DNA of 64,000 bases from Piromyces finnis finn (GCA_002104945.1 MCFH01000021.1:620001-684000); one strand, 5' to 3'; counted from the stretch's first letter, positions 21,458-33,133 are shown. Notes: generated by a model not told the origin, from the letters alone. Translations and numbers: made by a program.

Positions 21458-24233
21458 GTATTTATATTCATAAGAGTTAAATATAATTACATATGGTAAT
21501 GGCAGACATTAGTTATAATATAAAAATACCCGATTTAATATTGTTATTATGACAATATTAAAGTATATTTAATTAATAATGATGAATTGACTCAAATAAT
21601 TGCATAAAATTAGACTCATCATTATTCGATTTATCGAGATGATGTTTTTAAAAGAAATTCATATATACAAATTAAGAAACGTATATTAAAATTATTGTCT
21701 TTTATTATTAATATACTATTACTTTTGCATGAATATTAAATATTTTTAGTTGATTACATTTTTTTAATTACAATGTAGTTTTTATTAAATTATGATTTTT
21801 TTTAAATATTTTATTAATAAATATTATTCTATTTTAATACAAGTATATATAAAAGGTATTAAAATAAAATTTAAAAATATAACAACATTATTATATTTTA
21901 TAAATTAATTATATTTTAATTCAAAAGTATAGTTTTTTTTTATTCATATAATATCTATAAAGAATCAAATCAGATGTTAAATTATAAATTAATCATTAGA
22001 TTATTAATATTTTATACAAATTACTATTATAAATTTTATGTTATATATATTATATATATTAATTTTTTAAATAAAATATATAATAAACAATGAGATATTC
22101 ATTATTCCTATTTTTTCATAAAATAAATATAAATATGTTAATAATTGTTTTATTCAAAATTTGAAAAAATATTGAAATCTTAAATTTCCTTAAAAATTAA
22201 AGTTTAATTAATAATTTAATTTATAAAATATATAATAGAATTTTTAATATATTATTATTAAACATATATTTTTGCCAAAAATAGGTAAAAATGACAAACT
22301 TTTTATTTATATAATAAATAATAAAAATTAAAAAAAGATTTATTACATATTTTTTAGCAAATAATAATATATAATAAAATAATGAGGACTTAACTTATAT
22401 ATAAAATTTAAAGAAAAATAATGATTATATAAAATAAATATAATTATTAAAAATAATTTTAATAACATAATAATAATTTTATTAAATTCTAATTTTATAA
22501 CAGTACCAAATTAAAGTTTAGATACTTTACTTAACCATATTACTTAGTTAAGTAAAATATTTCTTTCTAATTTATCAAAATTTTTATTTTCTTTTTTCTT
22601 ATTTTTACAAAATATAAAGTATAAGAGTTTTAAAAAAATTATATCAATAAATATATAAACATATATAAATAAATATATCCAATAAAAGTATTAATGGATA
22701 AAATTTTAATGTAGTATGTAATATTTTTTAATTAAAATTTAATATATAAATTTACTATAAATTAATTAATTAATTATAAATAATATATTAACTATTTTTT
22801 AAAGTTATATATAAAAGATGACTTAAAATTAATTCCCTTTTGAATATTTTGAATATAGAGATTTTTATTAAGAGTTGTTTAATTTAGGTTTATAATTATG
22901 TCAACTTTATTAATATATTTTATGATAAAGAACTACTTGCGTTACATTCTTCTCAAACTACATGTATTTATACATTTACATTGTGGCTTAAACATATAAT
23001 TAAATACAATATATACAAATACGTTTTAATACATTTCAATACATTTGAATACATGTGACATAACGTTTCACATATTCTAACAATTTTTAATATATTCCAT
23101 TTAAAGTATATCCTTTTTAATAAATAATATTATTTGGGATACTTTTACAAATGAAAAATAAATAAAAAAATGAATTATTATTGTTGTTAAATAAAACTTA
23201 AATCTTATTTTTTTTTTAATTATTAAAAACTATTACTTACTGCTTATTCTAATATTAGTCAGAAATTATATTAAAGATTAATCATATAACTTTATATAAT
23301 TTTTGTACAAAAATCAAAGTTCTATATTATATATATATTATATGTTAATATTTCGAAATTAAAGATATATTACTTTCAATTTTGAATAGGTAAAAAAATA
23401 CAATATATAAATAAATATTTTTTAAACTTTTATCATTAAAATATATTATTTCTTTGAATAAAAATACAAAATTGTAAATACATATAATTTTATTAAAATA
23501 ATGAATTAATAATAAAATTTCGAATTTTTATACTTAGCCTTTTTATTTATATAATATATACCTATTATAATGATCCAAATAAGAAGTATAAAAATAATAA
23601 CTATTTTCTCAAAATTGATGTTTTTTGTTCTTTTATTCCTAATAAAAAATTTAATTCATAAGTTACACATAAATATTAAAATATAATAAAGTTGGATTAA
23701 TTTATTAATATAAAGGGAAAAATTTTAATAAATTAGGTGGTGTATTTTCTTTTTTTAATTAAATTCTAATATATTACTTAATATAATGTATACAGTTTTT
23801 TTTACCAATAATTAGATTTTTCTTTCAAAATGTTGACTTTGTTTTTTCAAAAGAAGGAATTATAATAATTATAGTTTTAATATTTAATTTAATTTTTTTT
23901 TTTTTATGATTAAATGTTAGTAATACACGTACTACTCATTATTTTATAATTTTTAAAGTTAATACTTAATTAACAATATTATATGTATTTTATATTGAAA
24001 TATAAAGTATAATGGTAATATTTATATTATATATTATTTATTAATCACTAATATATCATTATATTAATCATTAATATATAAATTCTCTATTTATAATAAT
24101 ATAAAAAAACTATAAAAAGCTATTTTTTCCCCTTTTTAAGCAATTTAAAATCATCATTTTATTATTATTAAGTAATAAAATTGAGTTTCATTTATTCACT
24201 GGTGAATAAAAAATAATAAATATATAAATTAAA

Positions 24234-26195
24234 ATGAAATTTAGAACTCTTTCAATATTATCTTTAGCTGCTTCATTAGTTGCTGGTCAAAACTTTTGTT
24301 CAAGTGCTAATCACTCTGGACAAAGTGTTAAAGTTACCTCAAATAAGGTAGGTTCAATTGGAGGAATTGGTTATGAATTATGGGCTGATAGTGGTAACAA
24401 CAGTGCTACTTTCTATTCTGATGGTTCATTCTCTTGTTCCTTCCAAAATGCTAAGGATTATTTATGTCGTTCTGGTCTTTCCTTCGATAGTACTAAAACT
24501 CATGATCAAATTGGTCACATGTATGCTGATTTCAAACTTGTTAAGCAAAACATTAGAAATGTTGACTATTCCTATGTTGGTATTTACGGTTGGAGTAGAA
24601 ACCCACTTGTAGAATTCTACGTCGTTGATAACTGGCTCAGTCAATACCGTCCAGGTGATTGGGTTGGTAACAAGAAGCATGGTGATTTCACCATTGATGG
24701 TGCTAAATATACTGTTTATGAAAACACTCGTTACGGTCCATCTATTGATGGTAACACTCAATTCAAGCAATTCTTCAGTATTCGTCAACAACCACGTGAA
24801 TGTGGTACTATTGATATTACTGCTCACTTCCAACAATGGGAAAAGCTTGGAATGAAATTAGGTAAGATGCACGAAGCCAAGGTTTTAGGTGAAGCTGGTA
24901 GTAACGGTTCTGGTACTAGTGGTACTGCTGATTTCACTTACGCTAAGGTTTACATTGGTAGTGGCAACGGTAACCAACAAAACGCTTCAACTAAGACTGT
25001 TGCCCGTACTACTACTAAGACTATTAAGACTACTGTTGCCAGCAAGACTCTTCCATCCACTGGCAAGACTCTTCCATCCACTGGTAAGACTCTTCCATCC
25101 ACTGGTAAGACTCTTCCATCCACTGGTAAGACTCTTCCATCCACTGGCAAGACTCTTCCATCCACTGGCAAGACTCTTCCATCCACTGGTAAGACTCTTC
25201 CATCCACTGGCAAGACTCTTCCATCCACTGGTAAGACTCTCCCATCCACTGGTAAGACTCTTCCATCCACTGGTAAGACTCTTCCATCCACTGGTAAGAC
25301 TCTTCCATCCACTGGTAAGACTCTTCCATCCACTGGTAAGACTCTTCCATCCACTGGTAAGACTCTCCCATCCACTGGTAAGACTCTTCCATCCACTGGC
25401 AAGACTCTTCCATCCACTGGCAAGACTCTTCCATCCACTGGCAAGACTCTTCCATCCACTGGCAAGACTCTCCCATCCACTGGCAAGACTCTCCCATCCA
25501 CTGGCAAGACTCTTCCATCCACTGGCAAGACTCTTCCATCCACTGGTAAGACTCTTCCATCCACTGGTAAGACTCTTCCATCCACTGGTAAGACTCTTCC
25601 ATCCACTGGCAAGACTCTTCCATCCACTGGCAAGACTCTTCCATCCACTGGTAAGACTCTTCCATCCACTGGTAAGACTCTTCCATCCACTGGTAAGACT
25701 ATCCCATCCACTGGTAAGACTATCCCATCCACTGGTAAGACTATCCCATCCACTGGTAAGACTATCCCATCCACTGGTAAGACTATCCCATCCACTGGTA
25801 AGACTATCCCATCCACTGGTAAGACTATCCCATCCACTGGTAAGACTATCCCATCCACTGGTAAGACTCTCCCATCCACTGGTAAGACTATCCCATCCAC
25901 TGGTAAGACTATCCCATCCACTACTAAAACTATCCCATCCACTACTAAAACTATTCAATCTTCTTGTAAACCAGTTACCGTTACTGTGGTCCAAACTGTT
26001 ACTGTTACTGTTAACTCTCAACCAAGTAACAACAACTGGAACAATGGCGGTAACAATTGGAACAATGGTGGTAACAATGGTAACTGTGCTGCTAAATGGG
26101 GACAATGTGGTGGTAACGGTTACAATGGACCAACTTGTTGTCAACAAGGATCATCTTGCCAATTCGTTAATGAATGGTACTCACAATGTCTTTAA
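24234..26195 (+). CDS. Secreted GH11 endo-1,4-beta-xylanase with long Ser/Thr/Pro repeat linker and C-terminal CBM1; intronless
   Basis: Signal peptide; GH11 catalytic motifs [11 protein letters not shown] and AKVLGEAG; closely resembles the Neocallimastix XynA-type catalytic domain (recalled); CBM1 [36 protein letters not shown]. Confidence 0.96.
   Translation: MKFRTLSILSLAASLVAGQNFCSSANHSGQSVKVTSNKVGSIGGIGYELWADSGNNSATFYSDGSFSCSFQNAKDYLCRSGLSFDSTKTHDQIGHMYADFKLVKQNIRNVDYSYVGIYGWSRNPLVEFYVVDNWLSQYRPGDWVGNKKHGDFTIDGAKYTVYENTRYGPSIDGNTQFKQFFSIRQQPRECGTIDITAHFQQWEKLGMKLGKMHEAKVLGEAGSNGSGTSGTADFTYAKVYIGSGNGNQQNASTKTVARTTTKTIKTTVASKTLPSTGKTLPSTGKTLPSTGKTLPSTGKTLPSTGKTLPSTGKTLPSTGKTLPSTGKTLPSTGKTLPSTGKTLPSTGKTLPSTGKTLPSTGKTLPSTGKTLPSTGKTLPSTGKTLPSTGKTLPSTGKTLPSTGKTLPSTGKTLPSTGKTLPSTGKTLPSTGKTLPSTGKTLPSTGKTLPSTGKTLPSTGKTLPSTGKTLPSTGKTLPSTGKTLPSTGKTIPSTGKTIPSTGKTIPSTGKTIPSTGKTIPSTGKTIPSTGKTIPSTGKTIPSTGKTLPSTGKTIPSTGKTIPSTTKTIPSTTKTIQSSCKPVTVTVVQTVTVTVNSQPSNNNWNNGGNNWNNGGNNGNCAAKWGQCGGNGYNGPTCCQQGSSCQFVNEWYSQCL
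25056..25958 (+). repeat. Coding 21-bp minisatellite: 41 x STGKT(L/I)P plus 2 x STTKTI(P/Q)
   Basis: 25056-25916 is 861 nt, or 41 units of TCCACTGG(T/C)AAGACT(C/A)T(T/C)CCA. The count agrees with the 653-aa ORF length. Confidence 0.95.
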
Positions 26196-26699
26196 ATGAA
26201 ATAATCATTTAAAGGATAATACAAAAAGGATTCCGAATACGTTTCATAAAAGAATGAAATAAGATGGTATTCATTTTTTTATAGAAGGTTAGACAAGAAA
26301 ATATGAGTTGAAAAAAAAAATTATATAATATAGTAAATAGCTAAAAATAATCAAATAAAATATGAAAAACTTGCATTACGATATTCATAAAAATTACTAA
26401 TTAAATAAATTATAAAATATTTAATAAAATTAAAAAATAATAAAATAAATTATTGATATTAATTTTTATTTATTTGAAGTGAGCTATATAGTTATAATGT
26501 TAGTGTAAGTAATTTGGATAAGAATTATGAAGTTATGACATAATAGAAAGAGCTGATTGAAGTTATTAAAGTATATTAAAAAAAAGGTTTTATTAAATTA
26601 CTGGTAAAGTGGAAAATTGTTGTGAGGATAAATTATAATACTGAATTAAATAATAATAATTATTATATTCGTGAATTTTCGTAAAATAAGGAAATTAAG

Positions 26700-27053
26700 A
26701 AGGTTTTGAAAGGACTTTTTTCAATCAGCAAATTCTTAAGAAATTCTAATATTCTTATTCCTTTCAAAAAACTTAATAATTTTAATAATATTGTTAATAA
26801 TGGTAATAATAGCAATAGTGAAGATAATAATTCTAATTTAGTTAATAATAGTAATAGTTCTAATAATCCGGTGAATATTAATGTGTATGATTATTCTAGT
26901 GTGTGCAATAAGATATTTAAATTCCTTCTTGGGGGAAGAAGTTTTAACAACATCAATTACAATTCAAGGGAATGGAAAGAGCTTTGCAAGTGACAGATTC
27001 AATCGGGCACTAACGAAGGAACTCCATTCTTGACGGTAACAACGGAACTTCTA
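26700..27053 (+). mobile_element. Left part of an older defective family-1 LINE (T2), interrupted by copy C
   Basis: Internally deleted ORF remnant (KGLFSISKFLRN...REWKELCK then TGA). It continues at 32760. Confidence 0.85.
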
Positions 27054-30000
27054 TCCCTCTTGGGAACGTGCCTTCATTTATTTAATAAATGTAGTTTCTC
27101 AAGGGGGTCTACTCATGCTCATGGTACTGAGAGAGTAGAAAGAATTAAATCCAAGTATTGCGCAATGGATGCTTGGTGCCCTCTTAGGAATGTGCCTTCA
27201 TTTATTTAATAAATGTAATTTCTCAAGGGGGTCTACTCATGCTCATGGTACTGAGAGAGTAGAAAGAATTAAATCCAAGCATTGCGCAATGGATGCTTGG
27301 TTAGTCTTCAAGGGAAAATTATTAGGACTAAGCTCATGGTACTGAGCGATTAAAAAACATTTTATTCATCAAATTTAAGTATTTGATGAATAAGTGAATG
27401 TTTGATTTTTCAGGTAAGTTTGTATAGTATTTAATTAGAAGAGTAATACATTTTGTTGCTGTATTTTTTCTTTTATTCATGTATTCATGTAGTACTACTC
27501 TTCTCTTGTAAGAATCCAATGTAGTCAACTTTAGCATTTGCATTGTACTTTTATATTCATGTAGCTATTGTTGTATTGTTTCTTGTAAGAGACTGATTCA
27601 CTCTACATCATGTAAAAATACTATTCACAAGCTTTCTGGTGTCGACATTCTTGATTCAAATTTTTTACCAATTTAAATATTTAATGAAAAGTAAAGTCAA
27701 ACAAGTTTAGTGTCAAAAAGCGAATCGAATTTACTAACAACAAACCAAAACTAGAATTTTTAAAGAAAATTTACAACTAGAATTCAAAAAAAAAAAAAAG
27801 AAACTTTAAACAAAGCATCGTAACAATTTTTGTACTATCCAGTACTTTTAAGAAGAGAGAGAGAGACAGATTTTTTTCCATATACGTTATATTTGTAATT
27901 TTTATTAGTATTTATTTTATATTCAATATTTTTTAATTAGAATTTATTATCATGTCAGTCCTTTATATTAAAGATAAGAATTATATCAGACGTGGTACCC
28001 GGTCTTATGGTATCCCCTTAGATGATATTCGCTCCTTCTTTATCCGTGGTATTCGATCATGGTCAGTAAATATGCTATGGGAAAAACTCGAGGTTATTCT
28101 AGAAGATAAACTTAATTCAGTTATTAGTGTTAAATATTTTCAAACTTTCAATGATCACTTTTTCTTAGTCAAGGTTCATGGTTCATCAAAAGATTGTATT
28201 AAAATCTTACACATGTTAAAGAAGAAACTTTCAGTTACCTCAATTTCCTTTTCAGCTCGTAGTAGAAGGAATCACAAATACACTTTTTCCACTCTCAAAC
28301 GTAAAATTTTAGTTTCTAATAAACATCAACATTCTATTCAACAATCATTTCAACAATCAGTTCAACAATCAGTTCAACAATCTCATCAACAATCCGATCT
28401 TCAACAAGATCTTCAACAGGATCTTCAACAAGTTTCCCATCATGAAAATATTCCAGATCTACAGCAAACACAATTTCAATCTCAACATTCAACAATTAAT
28501 TCTAATAGTTCTATCAACTCTGATAACAGTTCAATAGTTGATAGTTCTTCAGTTTCACAGCCATCTAGTAATAGTTCTACTTATTCCTCTGATGCATCAT
28601 CCATTAATAACGATGACTTTAATAATAATAATAATAGCAACGATTCTTCCTCATCCAACAAGCCTGATAACTTTTCTTTTTGTCTTAGTTGGAACACCAA
28701 TGGGTGGAATCATGAAAAGAGAGATAGTATTAGCTATTTCACAGCTATTTTCAAACCATTATTCTTATGTTTCCAAGAAACTGGTAATGGTTCTGGATCG
28801 AATACAGATTATCCTTGTCGTGTTACTTTGCGAAACTATAGACACTTTTTCAAGAAAGCTGACGAATCAGTTCCGGGAATGAGAGGTTTATATTTAGGTT
28901 TTCACAATTCGTGTCAAGCCTCACTTGAAAACTTCTCTGGAAAGTATATTATTTCTATTTATACTTTTAGTCTCTGGAATAGATTCAAATGCTCGATTGG
29001 AAATGTTCATATGCCTCATAGTCATCACAACATCTATGTTGATCATGCAAAGTTAGAAGTTCGCTTGTGGTTACAAACTCATTCATCCCATCCATCGATT
29101 CTTGTTGGTGATTTTAATATGTCTAAAGTAAAATTATCCAACTGGTTATCAACTAATGGATTAGGAGATTGGGAAATTCTTCCGCTTAGAGGGTCTACTA
29201 TCTCTTGGACTCGAGGTGATCAATCTTCCGACATTGACCATGCTCTTATCAATTCGAAGATGAAAGATCTTATTCACTCAGGATCATTTATAAATAATTT
29301 TTATCCTGTATCAGACCATAAGCCACTTCTTATTAATGGTAAAATTATTCCTATGGAAGATTTTTCTAATGACTTTAATGTTCCTAAGAAAATTCTGAAA
29401 TGGAATAGATTAAAATGTATTGAGGAAAAGGAATCTATTCTCAGTCATAATAAATTCCAAATACTTTCAGCAAAATTCAACGATCCTAATGTTTCTACAG
29501 ATGAACTTTCCAAAGAGTTTACTTCAACTGCTTTTTCAATTGCAGACGAGCTCAGTATTACCTCAGCAAATAATGTTATAAAGTCTTCATTTCATATTTC
29601 ACAACAAATTTTTAATCTCCAAAAAATCAAAATGAAGTTGTATAAGAGATTTAAAAAAGAAAGAATTTATGATATAGATGAATTTATTAAAAGAATTAAA
29701 ATCTACCGTAAGCTCATTGATTACATCCACAAAAGATGTAATGAATTTAGGAAACAAGAATATCTTCATTGGATTAAAACAGGATGTGAGTATATGAAGA
29801 GTCATAATCCTAAGAAGGCCTGGAAATGGATCAAGAAAACTGCAAAAATTGGAAAAGATTCTTTCTTTATTGCTCAACCAATTAAAAACAAAAATGGAGA
29901 ATTAGTTGTTGCTACGGAAGAACAACTAGATGTGTGGCATGATCATTTCGAAAAGCTTGCATCAGATCCAAGTGGTGTAAGTCTTGATTTGGAGCATTGG

Positions 30001-32712
30001 TATGAAGAACCAACGAATAAACGTTTTTCACTCCCTATGCTTGATGAATGGGATATCAACCAAGATATTAGTATTGATGAAGTCAAGTCAGCTATCCTCT
30101 CTACTCCGAATTATAAAGCATCAGGTCCGGATGGTATTCCAATTGAATTTTACAAAGCATTAATTTCATCAAGTAATGATTCTAATAATGCTACAGATAA
30201 TAATTCTTCCGGTAATACCACTTCAGATAATGATGCTTATGGTTTAAATTTTATTCTTAAATTATTCAACCGTATTTGGGATGGAGACTTCCCCAACTCA
30301 TGGAATGAATCCAGTATTGTTTCTATTCCTAAGAAGGGAGATTTGACAGATTGTGATAACTATCGAGGTATATCACTTATCAATAATGGTATTAAGTTGA
30401 TTTCCAAAATTGTCACCACTAGAATCTCAGAATATGGTCTAAAGAATAATTTCATTAGACCTGAACAATTTGGTTTTCGAAAAAAGGAAGAAAGTATCAG
30501 TCTTTTCATTTCAATCCAAGAAATATGCCGTAGACGTCAATTAGATAATAAAGAGACATATTTGGCCTTTTTAGATCTCAGGAAAGCATACGATTCAGTC
30601 CCAATCGGTAATATTCTCCATAAATTAGATTGTTTAGGAATCCGAGGTAAGAGTTTACAATTCATCAAAAATTTATATTTAACATCTAAGGCTAATGTCA
30701 AATTAGATGGACAATTCTCGAAATCTTTTGATGTGAAGAAAGGAGTCCGTCAAGGTTGCCCTCTTTCTCCTATTCTCTTTAATCTCTTTATTAATGATAT
30801 ATTTAAAGAGTGTGAAGATCTCGGAGTCAGTTTAGGTGACACTCGATGCTGTGGTGGACTTTTTGCAGATGATATAGTTATTTGTGCTCCAACAAGAGGA
30901 TGCTTAAAAAAGATGCTTAGAAGAGTTAATGAATGGGCCTTGTATAATGAAATGGAATTTGGTATCCAGAAGTGTTCAACGATGGTGATTCGTCCTGAAT
31001 CAATAGAAAATCAGAACAAGAGAGATCCAACATTTTACTTAGCAGGACAACCCATTCCAACTACTGATTGTTATACTTATCTTGGTGTTCCATTTGATAA
31101 GAATCTGTCCCTTAAACCAGTTATTAAAGCTCTTAATAACAAGGTTTTGAAAGGGCTTTTTTCAGTCAGTAAATTCTTAAGAAATCCTAATATTCCTATT
31201 CCCTTCAAAAAGCTAGTACTTAACTCACAAGTGATTAGCAGAGTTTCATACTTTGCACCATTACTTGGATCCAACAAAGCCAGGTCTAGAATTGCACAGA
31301 AGCATGTTAACAAAGGAATACGATGGGTTGCCGGAGTTCATAAAGCTGTATCGTTTATATCTTTATACTCTATTTCAAAAGATTTGAATATTCCTCCATT
31401 GTCAGCCAAATGTGCATTAGCTCAGGTTAGATGTTTTAACAAATGGAAAAACTCAAATTGTATTATCTCATACCTTGTCAATTACATTCCTAAATTTAGA
31501 AAATACACGTGGTGCAAATCAAGTAGGACACTTGATAAAAAACTAAAGAAACATGGAGATGTTAAAGCAGTTAAAAACTTTTATTGGAAAGATCTCAAAG
31601 GGAATTCAATCAAAGCGCAATATTATGATGATAATAAGTTTATTGATACTAAAGATTTTATTAAATTATGTTATGAGTACCCAGAGTTTGCCTATGGCTT
31701 CTACTGGCTATTGAAAGCAAGAAGCGGATACAAGTTGGATGCTAGAGTTGCCAAAGCTGCCAAATTTGTTGATCCAGTTTGTCCTAACTACTGTCCATGT
31801 TGCAAGTGTGGAGATCAAAGTATTAAACATTGGTTATTAGATTGTCCAACATTTAGAGATATCCGTATTAAACATTATGATTCCATAGTCCAGCTATTAA
31901 ATTTTTTCAGTCAACGTAATTCCAATAGTCCTATCAATAATAATGAAATTGATAATATCAGTAGAGATAGTAATAATATTAATAGTAATAGTAACAATAG
32001 TAATAATAACAATAGTAATAGTAACAATAGTAATAATAACAATAGTAGTAATAGAAATAATAATATTAGTAATGATAGCAATAGTGAAGATAATAATTCT
32101 AATTTAGATAGTAATTTAGTTAATGATAGTAATAGTTCTAATAATCCGGTGAATATTAATGTGTATGATTATTCTAGTGTGTGCAGTAAAATATTTAAAT
32201 TCCTTCTTGGGGGAAGAAGTTTTAACAATATCAATTACAATTCAAGGGAATGGAAAGAACTTTGTAAGCGTCAGATTCAATCTGGTACTAATGAAGGAAC
32301 ACCATTCTTGATGGTAACCGCGGAACTTCTAACCAAAATCATGCCTTTTGCTATTGGCCAGCAATGGTCAATGTTCAAAAGGTTTGAAGCAACATCCAAG
32401 AGCGTCAATGCTGAAGAAACAGTAAGACAGGCCAGGAGGGCCAGCGCAACCAATGGAGATCATAATTTTGTCCCATGATAAAATTTTGATCTTTGGCTCG
32501 GTGTCCCATTGGAAGTCAAATACAATTATTATACTTTAGTATGATAGTGGCTTTCTTACTTTAATTAAAATTACTAGAATACATTATACCCAATTTTTAT
32601 TCATTTGTGTTTATTTAAACATATTTTTTTTATTTTTATTTATTTTTAATTTTTTATTACATGTATTATAATTTTAATTAAATTAATAATAAAGTTTAAA
32701 ATATTTGATGCC

Positions 32713-32759
<47 letters not shown>
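27054..32759 (+). mobile_element. Full-length, apparently intact LINE family 1, copy C
   Basis: Two 124-bp monomers (27055, 27179), intact ORF and A44 tail (32716-32759). TSD CGGAACTTCTA at 27043-27053 and 32760-32770, extendable by A residues. Confidence 0.96.
27952..32478 (+). CDS. LINE polyprotein, 1508 aa: putative N-terminal RRM, Gln/Ser/Asn linker, APE, RT, CCHC, Asn-rich tract
   Basis: Uninterrupted ORF with the same APE, RT and CCHC motifs as copy A. No RNase H recognised. Confidence 0.95.
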   Translation: MSVLYIKDKNYIRRGTRSYGIPLDDIRSFFIRGIRSWSVNMLWEKLEVILEDKLNSVISVKYFQTFNDHFFLVKVHGSSKDCIKILHMLKKKLSVTSISFSARSRRNHKYTFSTLKRKILVSNKHQHSIQQSFQQSVQQSVQQSHQQSDLQQDLQQDLQQVSHHENIPDLQQTQFQSQHSTINSNSSINSDNSSIVDSSSVSQPSSNSSTYSSDASSINNDDFNNNNNSNDSSSSNKPDNFSFCLSWNTNGWNHEKRDSISYFTAIFKPLFLCFQETGNGSGSNTDYPCRVTLRNYRHFFKKADESVPGMRGLYLGFHNSCQASLENFSGKYIISIYTFSLWNRFKCSIGNVHMPHSHHNIYVDHAKLEVRLWLQTHSSHPSILVGDFNMSKVKLSNWLSTNGLGDWEILPLRGSTISWTRGDQSSDIDHALINSKMKDLIHSGSFINNFYPVSDHKPLLINGKIIPMEDFSNDFNVPKKILKWNRLKCIEEKESILSHNKFQILSAKFNDPNVSTDELSKEFTSTAFSIADELSITSANNVIKSSFHISQQIFNLQKIKMKLYKRFKKERIYDIDEFIKRIKIYRKLIDYIHKRCNEFRKQEYLHWIKTGCEYMKSHNPKKAWKWIKKTAKIGKDSFFIAQPIKNKNGELVVATEEQLDVWHDHFEKLASDPSGVSLDLEHWYEEPTNKRFSLPMLDEWDINQDISIDEVKSAILSTPNYKASGPDGIPIEFYKALISSSNDSNNATDNNSSGNTTSDNDAYGLNFILKLFNRIWDGDFPNSWNESSIVSIPKKGDLTDCDNYRGISLINNGIKLISKIVTTRISEYGLKNNFIRPEQFGFRKKEESISLFISIQEICRRRQLDNKETYLAFLDLRKAYDSVPIGNILHKLDCLGIRGKSLQFIKNLYLTSKANVKLDGQFSKSFDVKKGVRQGCPLSPILFNLFINDIFKECEDLGVSLGDTRCCGGLFADDIVICAPTRGCLKKMLRRVNEWALYNEMEFGIQKCSTMVIRPESIENQNKRDPTFYLAGQPIPTTDCYTYLGVPFDKNLSLKPVIKALNNKVLKGLFSVSKFLRNPNIPIPFKKLVLNSQVISRVSYFAPLLGSNKARSRIAQKHVNKGIRWVAGVHKAVSFISLYSISKDLNIPPLSAKCALAQVRCFNKWKNSNCIISYLVNYIPKFRKYTWCKSSRTLDKKLKKHGDVKAVKNFYWKDLKGNSIKAQYYDDNKFIDTKDFIKLCYEYPEFAYGFYWLLKARSGYKLDARVAKAAKFVDPVCPNYCPCCKCGDQSIKHWLLDCPTFRDIRIKHYDSIVQLLNFFSQRNSNSPINNNEIDNISRDSNNINSNSNNSNNNNSNSNNSNNNNSSNRNNNISNDSNSEDNNSNLDSNLVNDSNSSNNPVNINVYDYSSVCSKIFKFLLGGRSFNNINYNSREWKELCKRQIQSGTNEGTPFLMVTAELLTKIMPFAIGQQWSMFKRFEATSKSVNAEETVRQARRASATNGDHNFVP

Positions 32760-32760
<1 letters not shown>

Positions 32761-33133
32761 GGAACTTCTAACCAAAATCATGCCTTTTGCTATTGGCCAG
32801 CAATGGTCAATGTTCAAAAGGTTTGAAACAACATCCAAGAGTGTCAATGCTGAAGAAACAGTAAGACAAGCCAGGAGGGTCAGCGCAATCAATGGAGATC
32901 ATAATTTTGTTCCATGACAAAATTTTGATCTTTGGCTCGGTGTCCCATTGGAAGTCAAATACAATCATTATACTTTAGTATAATAGTGGCTTTCTTACTT
33001 TAATTAAAATGACTCGAATACATTATACCCAATTTTTATTCATTTGTGTTTATTTTTGATTTTTGATTTTTTATATTACATAATTTTAATTAAATTAATA
33101 ATGAAGTTTAAAATATTTGATTAAAAAAAAAAA
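32760..33133 (+). mobile_element. Right part (3' end) of the older copy T2
   Basis: Resumes exactly at the TSD; older 3' UTR variant; A11 at 33123-33133. Confidence 0.88.

Noticed and set aside
25056-25958. CRISPR-like array
   Set aside because: Contiguous coding repeats with no spacers, in a eukaryotic gene.
24889-26199. Long alternative-frame and antisense ORFs over the GH11 repeat
   Set aside because: Shadows of a 21-bp unit that lacks stops in five of six frames.
27334-27543. Antisense 69-aa ORF in the LINE 5' UTR as an ORF0 analogue
   Set aside because: The ORF track does not report it in near-identical copy A, and it has no recognisable motif.
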